Below the pieces are notes generated by a model, which was not told the DNA's origin, searched no databases, and saw nothing but the letters and a program-made list of their open reading frames with translations. From the NCBI GenBank assembly GCA_019634615.1, contig JAHCAZ010000016.1, forward strand, positions 10,020 to 74,019: 64,000 nt of DNA, in the 5' to 3' direction. This document shows positions 9,335 to 19,115 of this stretch, piece by piece. How positions within the stretch are numbered: the first letter of the stretch is position 1; every line of letters begins with the position of its first letter. The DNA is from Opitutaceae bacterium (GTDB lineage Bacteria; Verrucomicrobiota; Verrucomicrobiia; Opitutales; Opitutaceae). A program made the translations under genes and the position numbers.

Positions 9335-11314
9335 ATGAAAGCCCCCCTGCTTGCTTGCTCCCGCAAACCGCGCCTGCCCCTGTTCGCCGCCGCCCTGCTG
9401 GCCGGCCTGGCCTCCCCCTTGGCCGCCTTCCAGTTCGGCAGCGGTGACATCACCGGCACGTTCGACTCCACGTTCTCGGCCGGTCTCCTCTACCGGGTGA
9501 GCCCGCCCGCCCGCGGCCTTTACGGCACCGCCAACGGCGGCCTGCAGAACTCGGTCAATTCCGACGACGGCAACCTCAACTTCGATTCCGGCGTGGTCTC
9601 GAGCCTCTTCAAGGGCTCCCACGACCTGCAGCTCAAGTGGAACGATGTCAGCGTCTTCGCCCGCGGCTATTACTTCTGGGACGCCAAGGCGGACGACACC
9701 CAGCGCACGGTCCTGAGCGACCAGGCGGAAAAGCGCACCGTGCAGGGCGCGGAGCTGCTCGACCTCTACGTCGCCACGGGGATCGACGCGGGCGGCATCC
9801 CGATCGACCTGCGTTTCGGCCGCCAGGTGCTCAGCCTCGGTGAAAGCACCTTCATCCCCAACGGCATCAACGTCGTGAACCCCGTGGACCTCTCGAAGCT
9901 GCGCGTCCCCGGCGCCGAGCTGAAGGAGGCCTTCCTGCCGGTCAACATGCTCAAGGCCTCCATCGGCCTGACCGAGAACCTGACGATCGAGCCGTTCTGG
10001 CTCCTCGAGTTCCGCCGCAACGAGCTCGAGCCCGCCGGCTCCTACTTTTCGACCAACGACTTCGCCAGCCGCGGTGGCAGCACCCTCTGGCTGGGCTTCG
10101 GCGGCATCTCCGACCGCACCGGCGCCAGCGGCACCGGCCTCGGCGGCATCCAGCGCGACCTCGACCGCGAGGGCGGCAACTACAACCAGTACGGCATCGC
10201 CGCCCGCTACCTCACGCCGTCGGGCGCCGAGGTCGGCCTCTACTACGCCAATTACCACAGCCGCTCGCCGGTCATCAGCGCGCGCACGCCGACCGGGCCG
10301 ATCAGCTCGGTCTACGTGCAGACGGTCGCCGGCAACCTCGCCAACGCCCAGCTCGCGCCGGCGATGATCGGCGCGGGCATCCCGGCCGCCACCGTCGCCG
10401 CCGTCCTGCCCAACCTGGTCGGCGCGGCGCTCCTCGGCGTCCCGGCGGCGGGCCTGCCGCCGACGCTCGCGCCCTACGTCGCGTTCTACGATGGCGCCAC
10501 CAAGATCGCCGCCAGCGCCCGGACCCTCGGCTTCCTGAGCGCCGCCCAGACCGGGCGGTATTTCACCGAGTATCCCACCGACATCCAGATGGTCGGCGCG
10601 AGCTTCAACGCGGATCTCGGCTCCACGGGCATCTCGTGGCAGGGCGAGGTCTCGCTCAAGCAGGACGTGCCGCTGCAGGTGGACGACGTCGAGCTCCTCT
10701 TCGCCGCCCTCTCCTCCCTCAACCCCGCGTACGGCGCCAGCAACCAGATCGGCAACTACCTCGGCCAATACGGCAAGGAGGTCTCGGGCTACCGCCGGCA
10801 CGACGTCTGGACCGCGCAGACCACGCTGACCAAGGTCTTCGGCCCGCAGCTCGGCGCCAGCCAGCTCACGGTGGTCGGCGAGGTCGGCGGCGTCTGGGCC
10901 GATCTCCCGGACAAGAGCGTCCTCCGCTACGACGGCCCCGGCAGCTTCACCAGCGGCAGCGCCGCGTACATGCTGAGCAGCGGCAACGGCACGCTGCCGG
11001 CCACGCCGGAGGATGCGTTCGCCGACAGCGCCTCGTACGGTTACCAGATCCTGGCGCGCCTTGACTACAACAACGCCTTCGCCGGCATCAACGTCTCGCC
11101 CAGCATCGCCTTCGTCCACGACTTCAGCGGCACCACGCCGCTCCCGCTGGGCAACTTCATCGAGGGCCGCAAGAGCATCACGATCGGCGCGGAGTTCACC
11201 TTCCAGAACAGCTGGGTGTTCGAGCTGCGCTACGTGGATTTCACCGGCGCCGGCGCCTACAACCTCCTGAGCGACCGCGACTACGTCGCCACGACCCTGA
11301 AATACTCGTTCTGA
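9335..11314 (+). CDS. DUF1302 family outer-membrane beta-barrel-like protein
   Basis: It has a signal peptide MKAPLLACSRKPRLPLFAAALLAGLASPLAA, followed by FQFGSGDITGTFDSTFSAGLLYRV, which is typical of DUF1302. It ends in ..LKYSF, a terminal aromatic as in OMP beta-signals. I trimmed it from ORF 9146. Confidence 0.8.
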   Translation: MKAPLLACSRKPRLPLFAAALLAGLASPLAAFQFGSGDITGTFDSTFSAGLLYRVSPPARGLYGTANGGLQNSVNSDDGNLNFDSGVVSSLFKGSHDLQLKWNDVSVFARGYYFWDAKADDTQRTVLSDQAEKRTVQGAELLDLYVATGIDAGGIPIDLRFGRQVLSLGESTFIPNGINVVNPVDLSKLRVPGAELKEAFLPVNMLKASIGLTENLTIEPFWLLEFRRNELEPAGSYFSTNDFASRGGSTLWLGFGGISDRTGASGTGLGGIQRDLDREGGNYNQYGIAARYLTPSGAEVGLYYANYHSRSPVISARTPTGPISSVYVQTVAGNLANAQLAPAMIGAGIPAATVAAVLPNLVGAALLGVPAAGLPPTLAPYVAFYDGATKIAASARTLGFLSAAQTGRYFTEYPTDIQMVGASFNADLGSTGISWQGEVSLKQDVPLQVDDVELLFAALSSLNPAYGASNQIGNYLGQYGKEVSGYRRHDVWTAQTTLTKVFGPQLGASQLTVVGEVGGVWADLPDKSVLRYDGPGSFTSGSAAYMLSSGNGTLPATPEDAFADSASYGYQILARLDYNNAFAGINVSPSIAFVHDFSGTTPLPLGNFIEGRKSITIGAEFTFQNSWVFELRYVDFTGAGAYNLLSDRDYVATTLKYSF

Positions 11315-11334
11315 ACCCCCGCCCCTTACCCGCC

Positions 11335-12687
11335 ATGAAAAAGCTTACCCTCATCCCCCTCCTCCTGGCCGCCCTGCTCCCGGCCACGCTCGCCGCGGCC
11401 GTCAGCGAAACCGACGCGGCCCGCCTCGGCCAGGACCTCACGCCGCTCGGTGCCGAGATGGGCGCCAATGCCGACGGTTCCATCCCGGCCTGGACGGGCG
11501 GCATCACCACCCCGCCCGCCGGCTACACGGTCGGCGATCACCACCCGGATCCCTTCGCCGGCGACCATGCCCTCTACACCGTCACGGCGGACAACGCCGC
11601 GCAGCACGAGGCCAGGCTCACCGCAGGCCACCTCGCGATGCTCAAGGCCTACCCGGACTACAAGCTCAACGTCTACCCGACCCGCCGCAGCGCCTCCTAC
11701 CCGGAGCGCATCTACGCCGCGACGCGGCAGAACGCCGTCACCGCGAAGCTGGTGAACGACGGCGCCGGTTTCGCCGACGCGATCCACGGCATCCCGTTCC
11801 CGATCCCGCAGAACGGCCTCGAGGTTATCTGGAACCACCTCGCCCGCTACCGCGGCGTCGCCGCGGCCCGCTACATCGGGCAGGCCGCCCCGACGCGCGG
11901 CGGCAGCTACACGCTCGTCGAGTTCGAGGACGATTTCCTCTTCAACTACGCCCGCGAGGACATGACCTACGCCCAGCTCGACAACGTGCTGGTGTACTTC
12001 AAACAGTCCGTCGTCGGCCCGGCCCGCCTCGCCGGCACGATCCTCCTGGCCCACGAGACGATGGACCAGGTCAAGGAGCCCCGCCGCGCCTGGGTCTACA
12101 ACGCCGGCCAGCGCCGCGTCCGCCGCGCGCCGAACGTCGCCTACGACAACCCTGGCACCGCCGCCGACGGCATGCGCACCAGCGACCAGTTCGACATGTA
12201 TAATGGCGCGCCCGACCGCTACGACTGGCAGCTCGTCGGCAAGAAGGAGCTCATCGTCCCGTACAACTCCTACAAGCTGCACGCGAAGGACGTGAAGTAC
12301 GCCGAGATCCTCAAGCCGCTCCACATCAACCAGGACCTCGCCCGCTACGAGTTGCACCGCGTCTGGGTCGTCGAGGCCACCCTCAAGGCCGGCACCAAGC
12401 ACGTTTACCCGCGCCGCACGTTTTACGTCGACGAGGACAGCTGGCAGATCCTGGCGGTCGACCAGTACGACACGCGCGGCCAGCTCTGGCGCGTCTCGGA
12501 GGCGCATTGCATCAATTACTACGATGCCCGGCTCTTCTGGAGCACGCTCGAGGTGCACACCGACCTTCAGGCCGGCCGCTACCTCGCCATCGGCCTTGAT
12601 AACGAGGGCCGGATGTACGACTTCAACATCAAGCGGACGTCCGCCGACTACAGTCCCGACGCCCTGCGTCGTGAAGGCGTGCGCTGA
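11335..12687 (+). CDS. DUF1329 domain-containing periplasmic protein
   Basis: It has a signal peptide MKKLTLIPLLLAALLPATLAAA, followed by LGQDLTPLGAEMGANADGSIPAWTGG, the characteristic DUF1329 N-terminus. It starts 20 nt after the DUF1302 gene. Confidence 0.8.
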   Translation: MKKLTLIPLLLAALLPATLAAAVSETDAARLGQDLTPLGAEMGANADGSIPAWTGGITTPPAGYTVGDHHPDPFAGDHALYTVTADNAAQHEARLTAGHLAMLKAYPDYKLNVYPTRRSASYPERIYAATRQNAVTAKLVNDGAGFADAIHGIPFPIPQNGLEVIWNHLARYRGVAAARYIGQAAPTRGGSYTLVEFEDDFLFNYAREDMTYAQLDNVLVYFKQSVVGPARLAGTILLAHETMDQVKEPRRAWVYNAGQRRVRRAPNVAYDNPGTAADGMRTSDQFDMYNGAPDRYDWQLVGKKELIVPYNSYKLHAKDVKYAEILKPLHINQDLARYELHRVWVVEATLKAGTKHVYPRRTFYVDEDSWQILAVDQYDTRGQLWRVSEAHCINYYDARLFWSTLEVHTDLQAGRYLAIGLDNEGRMYDFNIKRTSADYSPDALRREGVR

Positions 12688-12719
12688 TCCTGCGCGCACC
12701 GCCTTCCCCGCCTGACCAC

Positions 12720-13652
12720 ATGGCCACCATCCGGAGCCGCCGGCTGCTGATCGCAGGCGGCTTCGCCCTTTTCTGGCCCCTGCTCGCCGCCACGCCGGTG
12801 GCGCCGAACATGCTGCTGCTGGACGGCGTGGCCGTGGGGGCCGAGATCCTCGCCGTCGGGGAGCGCGGCACCATCATCGGCTCGGCCGACCAAGGCCGCA
12901 CCTGGGAGGCGCGTCCCTCCCCGGCCACGGCCACCCTGACCGGCCTCAGCTTCGCCCCCGATGGCCGCCGCGGCTGGGCCGTCGGGCATGACGCCCTGAT
13001 CCTGGCCACCGACGACGGCGGCCGGTCGTGGCGCCGGCAATGGCAGGGCGCCAACCTCACCGACTCCTTCCTCGACGTCCTGGCCCTCGACGAGCGGCAC
13101 GTGATCGCCGTCGGCGCCTTCGGCTTGTGCGTCGAGACGACCGACGGCGGCGCCACCTGGACCACCCGGCGCCTGCTCGACGACGACTACCACCTCAACC
13201 GCCTCACCCGCGGGCCGACCGGCACGCTCTACCTGGCGGGCGAGCACGGCACGCTCCTCCGCTCCCGCGATCGCGGCGCCACCTGGGACGGCATCCATTC
13301 ACCCTACGACGGCTCGTTCTACGGCATCCTGCCCCTGGGCGAGACGCGCGTGCTCGCCTACGGGCTGCGCGGCCGCCTCTACCTGTCCGAGGATGACGGC
13401 GACACCTGGGAACCGGTGGAGAACGAGCGCCGCAACCTCATGCTGACCGCCGTCGCCGTCGCGCCGGGGCGCGTAATCGTGGCCGGCCAGGCCCGCGCCT
13501 TCGTGGCCCTCGACCTCGCGCAGCGCACGCTGCAGTCCACTCATCCTGCGATGCAGACCGCCGTGGCGGAACTGCTGCTCCTGCCCGACGGGGCGCTGCT
13601 CTGCCTCGGCGAGGCCGGTGTCACCGTCCTGCCCGCGGCCCCTCAGCCATGA
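12720..13652 (+). CDS. BNR/Asp-box repeat beta-propeller protein (Ycf48-like)
   Basis: It has five Asp-box-like motifs: SADQGRTWE, TDDGGRSWR, TTDGGATWT, SRDRGATWD and SEDDGDTWE. It also has an N-terminal signal-like segment. Confidence 0.75.
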   Translation: MATIRSRRLLIAGGFALFWPLLAATPVAPNMLLLDGVAVGAEILAVGERGTIIGSADQGRTWEARPSPATATLTGLSFAPDGRRGWAVGHDALILATDDGGRSWRRQWQGANLTDSFLDVLALDERHVIAVGAFGLCVETTDGGATWTTRRLLDDDYHLNRLTRGPTGTLYLAGEHGTLLRSRDRGATWDGIHSPYDGSFYGILPLGETRVLAYGLRGRLYLSEDDGDTWEPVENERRNLMLTAVAVAPGRVIVAGQARAFVALDLAQRTLQSTHPAMQTAVAELLLLPDGALLCLGEAGVTVLPAAPQP

Positions 13653-15994
13653 TTGCCAAGTTCTCCGACTGGGTCTTCCGCAACCGGCTTCTCCTGGTCC
13701 TGGTCTTCGCGGCCTTCACGGCGGTCATGGCCTGGCAGGCCTCCAAACTGAAGGTCGACGCCAGCTTCAACAAGGGTCTCCCGAGCGACCATCCCTACAT
13801 CCAGACCTTCACCCGGTACCAGAGCGAGTTCGGCGGCGCCAACCGCGTCCTCATCGCCCTGATGGCCAAGGAGGGCGACATCTTCACGCCCGAGTTCTTC
13901 GGGCAGCTGCGCGCGACGACCGACGAGGCGACCTTCCTCACCGGCGTCGACCGGGCCCAGGTCCAGTCGCTCTTCACGCCCAACGTCCGCTACATCGAGG
14001 TCGTCGAGGACGGCTTCTCCGGCGGCGACGTGATCCCGGCGGATTTCCAGCCCGGCCCGGCCAGCTTCGCCCGCGTCCGCGAGAACATCATCAAGTCCGG
14101 CAAGCTCGGCCAACTCGTCGCCAACGACTTCAGCGGCGCCATGGTCAGCGCCCAGCTGCACGAGGTCGATCCCCAGACCGGCGCGAAGCTCGACTACATC
14201 CGGATCGCCGGCGAGCTCGAGGCGATCCGCGAGCGCGTCGAGCGCGAGTCGGAGGGCCGCATCAGCGTCCACATCATCGGCTTCGCCAAGGTCATCGGCG
14301 ACGTCAGCGACGGCGCCCGCAACGTGCTCGGGCTCTTCGCCATCTCGATCTTCGTCACGACGCTCCTCGTCTGGAATTACGCCGGCCGCTGGAAACTCGC
14401 GTTCGCGCCCGTCCTCTGCTCGCTCGTCGCCGTCGTCTGGCAGCTTGGCTCCGTGGCCGCGCTCGGGTACGGCATCGACCCGTTCTCCATCCTCGTCCCC
14501 TTCCTCGTGTTCGCCATCGGTGTCAGCCACGGCGTGCAGCAGATCAACCGCTTCCGCAACGAGGTCTTCGACGGCCGGGACGGCTTCACCGCCTCGAAGC
14601 GCGCCTTCGCCACGCTGCTCATCCCGGGCTCCGTCGCGCTGGCCACCGACACGATCGGGTTCCTGACGATGCTGGTGATCAAGATCCCGTCGATCCACCA
14701 GCTCGCCATCACGGCCAGCCTCGGCGTCGGCGTGATCATCATCACCAACTTCTTCCTGCTGCCCATCATCCTCTCCTACCTGCGCCTCCCGCTCAACTAC
14801 CGCGACTGGGTCGTCCAGCGCCGGGCGATGGGCAACGCCATTTGGGAGCGCCTCGCGCACGAGATGAAGCCCAAGCCGTCGCAGCTCATCATCGCCCTCG
14901 CCCTGATCGTCGGCGCCTGGGCGTTCTGGATCGCCGGGCGCGTGCACATCGGCGACACCGACGCCGGCGTGCCGGAGCTGCGGGCCGATTCCCGCTACAA
15001 CCGCGACACGCGGCTCATCACCAGCGAGTTCAGCATCGGCGTGGACATCCTCTCGGTCATCGTCGAGACCGTGCCGAACGGCTGCGTCGACCATGACGTC
15101 GTCAGCCTCATGGACCAGTTCGAGGGCCACATCCGCCGCGTGCCCGGCGTCCAGTCCGTCATCTCGCTCCCGGCCGTCGCCAAGATCGTCAACGCCGGCT
15201 GGAACGAGGGCTCGCTCAAGTGGCGCATCCTGCCGCGCGACCAGCAGGCGCTGGCGCAGACGGTCTCACCGATCGAGACGGCCACCGGGCTCCTCAACGC
15301 CGACGCGAGCGTGATGCCGATCCTGATTTTCCTCACCGACCACAAGGCCGAGACCCTGAACGCCGTGACCGCCGCCGTGAAGGAGTTCTCCGCCCGGCAC
15401 CCGTCGGACAAGGCCAGGTTCCTCCTCGCCAGCGGCAACGCCGGCGTCATGGCCGCGACCAACGAGGTCGTGAAGGCGACCCAGATGCCGATCGTGCTGT
15501 GGGTCTTCGGCGCGGTGATCGGGCTGTGTTGGATCACCTTCCGCTCCTTCCGCGCCGTGCTCTGCATCGTCCTGCCGCTCGCGATCGTGAGCTACCTCGC
15601 CTACGCGCTCATGGTCTTCACCAACATCGGCCTCAAGACCTCGACCCTGCCGGTCGTCGCGCTCGGCGTCGGCATCGGCGTGGACTACGGCATCTACCTG
15701 TTCGCCCGGCTGCAGTCGGCGCTCGAGGCCGGGGAGTATTTCGAGGACGCGATGTTCCTCGCCTTCAAGGACACCGGGGCTGCGATCGTGTTCACCGGCC
15801 TGACGTTGGCCATCGGCGTCAGCACGTGGCTGTTCTCGGCGCTGAAGTTCCAGGCTGACATGGGCCTGCTGCTCGCCTTCATGTTCCTCGTGAACATGCT
15901 CGGCGCGATCATCCTCCTCCCGGCCATCGCCCGCTGGCTCTGGCGGCACCACACCGGCCGGACGCAGGTCCCCTTCCCGCTGGCGAAGCCATAG
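13649..15994 (+). CDS. RND superfamily exporter, MMPL/HpnN-like
   Basis: At 781 aa it has two repeated halves, each with a large loop followed by a cluster of TM helices, in the MMPL-type arrangement. Its start overlaps the upstream stop (ATGA). Confidence 0.85.
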   Translation: MIAKFSDWVFRNRLLLVLVFAAFTAVMAWQASKLKVDASFNKGLPSDHPYIQTFTRYQSEFGGANRVLIALMAKEGDIFTPEFFGQLRATTDEATFLTGVDRAQVQSLFTPNVRYIEVVEDGFSGGDVIPADFQPGPASFARVRENIIKSGKLGQLVANDFSGAMVSAQLHEVDPQTGAKLDYIRIAGELEAIRERVERESEGRISVHIIGFAKVIGDVSDGARNVLGLFAISIFVTTLLVWNYAGRWKLAFAPVLCSLVAVVWQLGSVAALGYGIDPFSILVPFLVFAIGVSHGVQQINRFRNEVFDGRDGFTASKRAFATLLIPGSVALATDTIGFLTMLVIKIPSIHQLAITASLGVGVIIITNFFLLPIILSYLRLPLNYRDWVVQRRAMGNAIWERLAHEMKPKPSQLIIALALIVGAWAFWIAGRVHIGDTDAGVPELRADSRYNRDTRLITSEFSIGVDILSVIVETVPNGCVDHDVVSLMDQFEGHIRRVPGVQSVISLPAVAKIVNAGWNEGSLKWRILPRDQQALAQTVSPIETATGLLNADASVMPILIFLTDHKAETLNAVTAAVKEFSARHPSDKARFLLASGNAGVMAATNEVVKATQMPIVLWVFGAVIGLCWITFRSFRAVLCIVLPLAIVSYLAYALMVFTNIGLKTSTLPVVALGVGIGVDYGIYLFARLQSALEAGEYFEDAMFLAFKDTGAAIVFTGLTLAIGVSTWLFSALKFQADMGLLLAFMFLVNMLGAIILLPAIARWLWRHHTGRTQVPFPLAKP

Positions 15995-15997
15995 GCC

Positions 15998-17890
15998 ATG
16001 GCGGACCGGCGGCAGCGCGACGGGATCCTTCTTGCGGTCGGCCTCGGGATCGCGCTGCTCGTCGCCTACTGGCCGGCCCTCCACGGCGGCATGCTGTGGG
16101 ACGACGATGCGCACGTCACCAGGCCCGAGCTGCGTTCAGCGGAGGGACTGATCCGCATCTGGACCGAGCCCGGGGCCACGCAGCAGTTCTATCCGCTGCT
16201 CCACAGCGTGTTCTGGCTCGAGCACCGGCTCTGGGGTGACGCCGTCCTCGGCTACCACCTGGCCAACCTGCTCCAGCATGGCCTGGCGGCATGCCTCGTG
16301 TTTCTGCTCGTGCGCCGGCTCGAGCTGCCGGGCGCCGCGCTGGCCGCCGGCGTCTGGGCCCTGCATCCGGTGTCGGTCGAGTCGGTCGCCTGGATCAGTG
16401 AGCAGAAGAACACGCTCTCCGCCGTCCTCTACCTCGGCGCGGCGCTGTGCTACCTCAAGTTCGACGCGACGCGGGGGCGCGGGCCCTACCTGGCGGCCTT
16501 CGGGCTCTTCGGCCTCGCCCTGCTCACCAAGACCGTGACCGCCACGCTCCCGGCCGCGCTGCTCGTCATCTTCTGGTGGCGCCGCGGCCGGCTCGGGTTT
16601 CGTCGCGACGTGGCGCCGCTGCTGCCGTGGTTCGCCCTCGGGATCGCATCCGGGCTGTTCACCGCCTGGATGGAGCGGAGCTTCATCGGGGCGCAGGGGA
16701 CGGATTTCGCGCTCGGCCCGGTGGAGCGCGTGCTCCTCGCGGGCCGCGCCGTCTGCTTTTATTTCGGCAAGCTCGTCTGGCCGGTCGACCTTGTGTTCAT
16801 CTATCCGCGATGGACGATCGATGCGGCCGTCACCTGGCAATATGTCTTCCCGCTCGCGGTCGCGGTCGTCGGCGGCGGATTCATCTGGCTGGCGCGCCGC
16901 CGCCGGGGCCCGCTGGCGGCGCTGCTGCTCTACGGCGGCACGCTTTTCCCGGCCCTCGGGTTCCTGAATGTTTACCCGTTCCTGTTCTCCTTCGTCGCCG
17001 ATCACTTCCAGTACCTCGCGAGCCTCGCCGTCATCGTGCCGGTGGCCGGGCTCGCGACCCGGCTGGCCGCGCCGCTCCCGGTCGCCGGCCGCGGCGCCCT
17101 GGCCGCCGCATTGTTGTTGGGCCTCACCCTGCTCTCGCGCTCGCAGGCGCGGCCCTACGCCGACGCCGAGACCCTTTACCGCACGATCCTGCGCGCCAAT
17201 CCCGACTGCTGGCTCGCCGCCAACAATCTCGGCAACCTGGCCAGCCGGAGCCCCGACCGGGCGGCGGAGGCGGCCGCGTTGTACGCCGAGGTCGTGCGGC
17301 TGCGGCCGGGTATGGCCGATGCGCACTACAACCTGGCCAACGCGCTCGCCCGCCTGCCGGGCCGCGCGGGCGAGGCCGAGGCGCACTACCGGAACGCCCT
17401 GCGCCTGCAGCCCGACCTCGTCGAGGCCCGCAATCACTACGGCAACCTGCTCGCCCGCGAGCCCGCGCGCACCCCCGAGGCCATCGCGCAGTTCCAGGCG
17501 GCGTTGCGGCTCGAGCCCGGCTTCGCCGAGGTGCACAACAATCTCGGCAACCTGCTGGTTCGCCTGCCCGGGCGGCGCGCCGAGGCCATCACCCACTACG
17601 AGACCGCCGTGCGGCTGCAGCCCGACTTCGCCGACGCGCATTACAACCTCGCCGTGGCCGCCGCCCGCGAGCCTGGCGGGCGCGACCGGGCGCTGGCGGC
17701 CTTCGCCGCGGCGCTGCGCCTGCGGCCCGATTTCGCCGAGGCGCACTTCGGCTGCGGCGTGCTGCTCCACGAGGACCCGGCCCGGCGCGCCGAGGCCGAC
17801 GAGCATTTTGCCGCGACCCTCCGGCTGCGCCCGGATTGGGTCGCCGCCCGGCGACACATCGAGCTGTTGAAGCGCAGGGCAGGTCCCTGA
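15998..17890 (+). CDS. GT-C-like (PMT/TMTC-type) membrane protein fused to TPR repeats
   Basis: The N-terminal half is polytopic, with LWDDDAHV in the first loop and LHPVSVESVAWISEQKN. The C-terminal half has about 7 TPR units (AHYNLANALARLPGR.., HNNLGNLLVRLPGR.. and others). It starts 3 nt after the RND gene. Confidence 0.75.
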   Translation: MADRRQRDGILLAVGLGIALLVAYWPALHGGMLWDDDAHVTRPELRSAEGLIRIWTEPGATQQFYPLLHSVFWLEHRLWGDAVLGYHLANLLQHGLAACLVFLLVRRLELPGAALAAGVWALHPVSVESVAWISEQKNTLSAVLYLGAALCYLKFDATRGRGPYLAAFGLFGLALLTKTVTATLPAALLVIFWWRRGRLGFRRDVAPLLPWFALGIASGLFTAWMERSFIGAQGTDFALGPVERVLLAGRAVCFYFGKLVWPVDLVFIYPRWTIDAAVTWQYVFPLAVAVVGGGFIWLARRRRGPLAALLLYGGTLFPALGFLNVYPFLFSFVADHFQYLASLAVIVPVAGLATRLAAPLPVAGRGALAAALLLGLTLLSRSQARPYADAETLYRTILRANPDCWLAANNLGNLASRSPDRAAEAAALYAEVVRLRPGMADAHYNLANALARLPGRAGEAEAHYRNALRLQPDLVEARNHYGNLLAREPARTPEAIAQFQAALRLEPGFAEVHNNLGNLLVRLPGRRAEAITHYETAVRLQPDFADAHYNLAVAAAREPGGRDRALAAFAAALRLRPDFAEAHFGCGVLLHEDPARRAEADEHFAATLRLRPDWVAARRHIELLKRRAGP

Positions 17891-17956
17891 CCAGCCCTGC
17901 TGACCTCCCGCGCTTTAGGCTGGCAACACCCCGGAACCCGGGTCTTTTTCTCCCGC

Positions 17957-19108
17957 ATGGCCGAGCCCACGGTCCCCAGCTTCCTGACTTCCGGCCAGCG
18001 CCGCGTCATCGGCTTCGCGCTCACGCTCCTGGCGCTGCTGGCCACCGCCGCGTTCTTCGTCGGCGGCATCATCGCGCTCGGGCGCCTCGCCGGGTACTTC
18101 TCCGGCGTGCTCTGGCCGCTGGCGTGCGCCGGCGTCATCGCGCTCATCCTGCGGCCGGTCGTCGAGATCCTGGAGCGGCGCCTCCGTATCCGGCGGCTCG
18201 TGGCGGTGATTCTCCTCTTCGGGGTGTTCGGCCTCGCGCTCACGGGCGCGCTGGTCCTCATCCTGCCTCCGGTCATCGACCAGGCGATCGCGTTCATCGC
18301 CTACCTGCCGACGCTCTGGCAGAGCGCCAGCGGCTACGTCGAGCGCAACTACCCGGAGTGGATCGCGCTGGTGCAGCGGCAGATGGAGAACCCGGCGGTC
18401 CGCCAGCTGGTCGAGAACCTCAGCGGTGAGTTCAAGACCCTCCTCTCCTCGGCCCTCCCGTCGCTGCGCGCGGCCGGGGTCGGCGTGCTGGGCGTCTTCG
18501 CCTTCGCCGCCCATGTCGCGATCATCCCGATCTACCTGTTCTTCTTCCTGCTCTCGCAGGGCAACACCGGCTGGCGGCTCGACCGCCACCTGCCGTTCCT
18601 CAGCCCCGGGGCGCGCGACGACGTCGTGTTTCTGGTCCGCGAGTTCGTCGGCATCGTCGTGTCCTTCTTCCGCGGCCAGCTCCTCATCGGCCTCCTCATG
18701 GGCATGCTCCTCGCCGTCGGCTTTTCGGTCGTCGGCCTGAAATTCGGCCTCGTGATCGGGCTCGCGCTCGGCGTGCTGAACATCGTGCCCTACCTCGGCA
18801 CCATCATCGGCCTGGTCATCACGCTCCCGCTCGCCTTCTTCCAGCCCGACGGCGGCTGGCACCTCATCGGCCTGGTGCTGCTCGTCTACATCATCGTGCA
18901 GAACATCGAGGGCTGGTTCCTCACCCCCAAGATCATGGGCGACCGCACCGGCCTGCACCCGGTCACGATCATCGTCGCCATCTTTTTCTGGGGCACCGCG
19001 TTCGACGGCATCCTCGGCATGCTGTTCGCGATCCCGCTCACCGCGTTCTTCGTCACCGCCTGGCGGTTGGTCCGGCACAAGTACCTCGAGGACACCCCGG
19101 CCGCCTGA
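17957..19108 (+). CDS. AI-2E family transporter (PerM/UPF0118)
   Basis: It is polytopic and contains VLNIVPYLGTIIG..FLTPKIMGDRTGLHPVTIIVAIFFWG..GMLFAIPLTA, which is characteristic of the family. Confidence 0.85.
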   Translation: MAEPTVPSFLTSGQRRVIGFALTLLALLATAAFFVGGIIALGRLAGYFSGVLWPLACAGVIALILRPVVEILERRLRIRRLVAVILLFGVFGLALTGALVLILPPVIDQAIAFIAYLPTLWQSASGYVERNYPEWIALVQRQMENPAVRQLVENLSGEFKTLLSSALPSLRAAGVGVLGVFAFAAHVAIIPIYLFFFLLSQGNTGWRLDRHLPFLSPGARDDVVFLVREFVGIVVSFFRGQLLIGLLMGMLLAVGFSVVGLKFGLVIGLALGVLNIVPYLGTIIGLVITLPLAFFQPDGGWHLIGLVLLVYIIVQNIEGWFLTPKIMGDRTGLHPVTIIVAIFFWGTAFDGILGMLFAIPLTAFFVTAWRLVRHKYLEDTPAA

Positions 19109-19115
19109 GCCCGCC

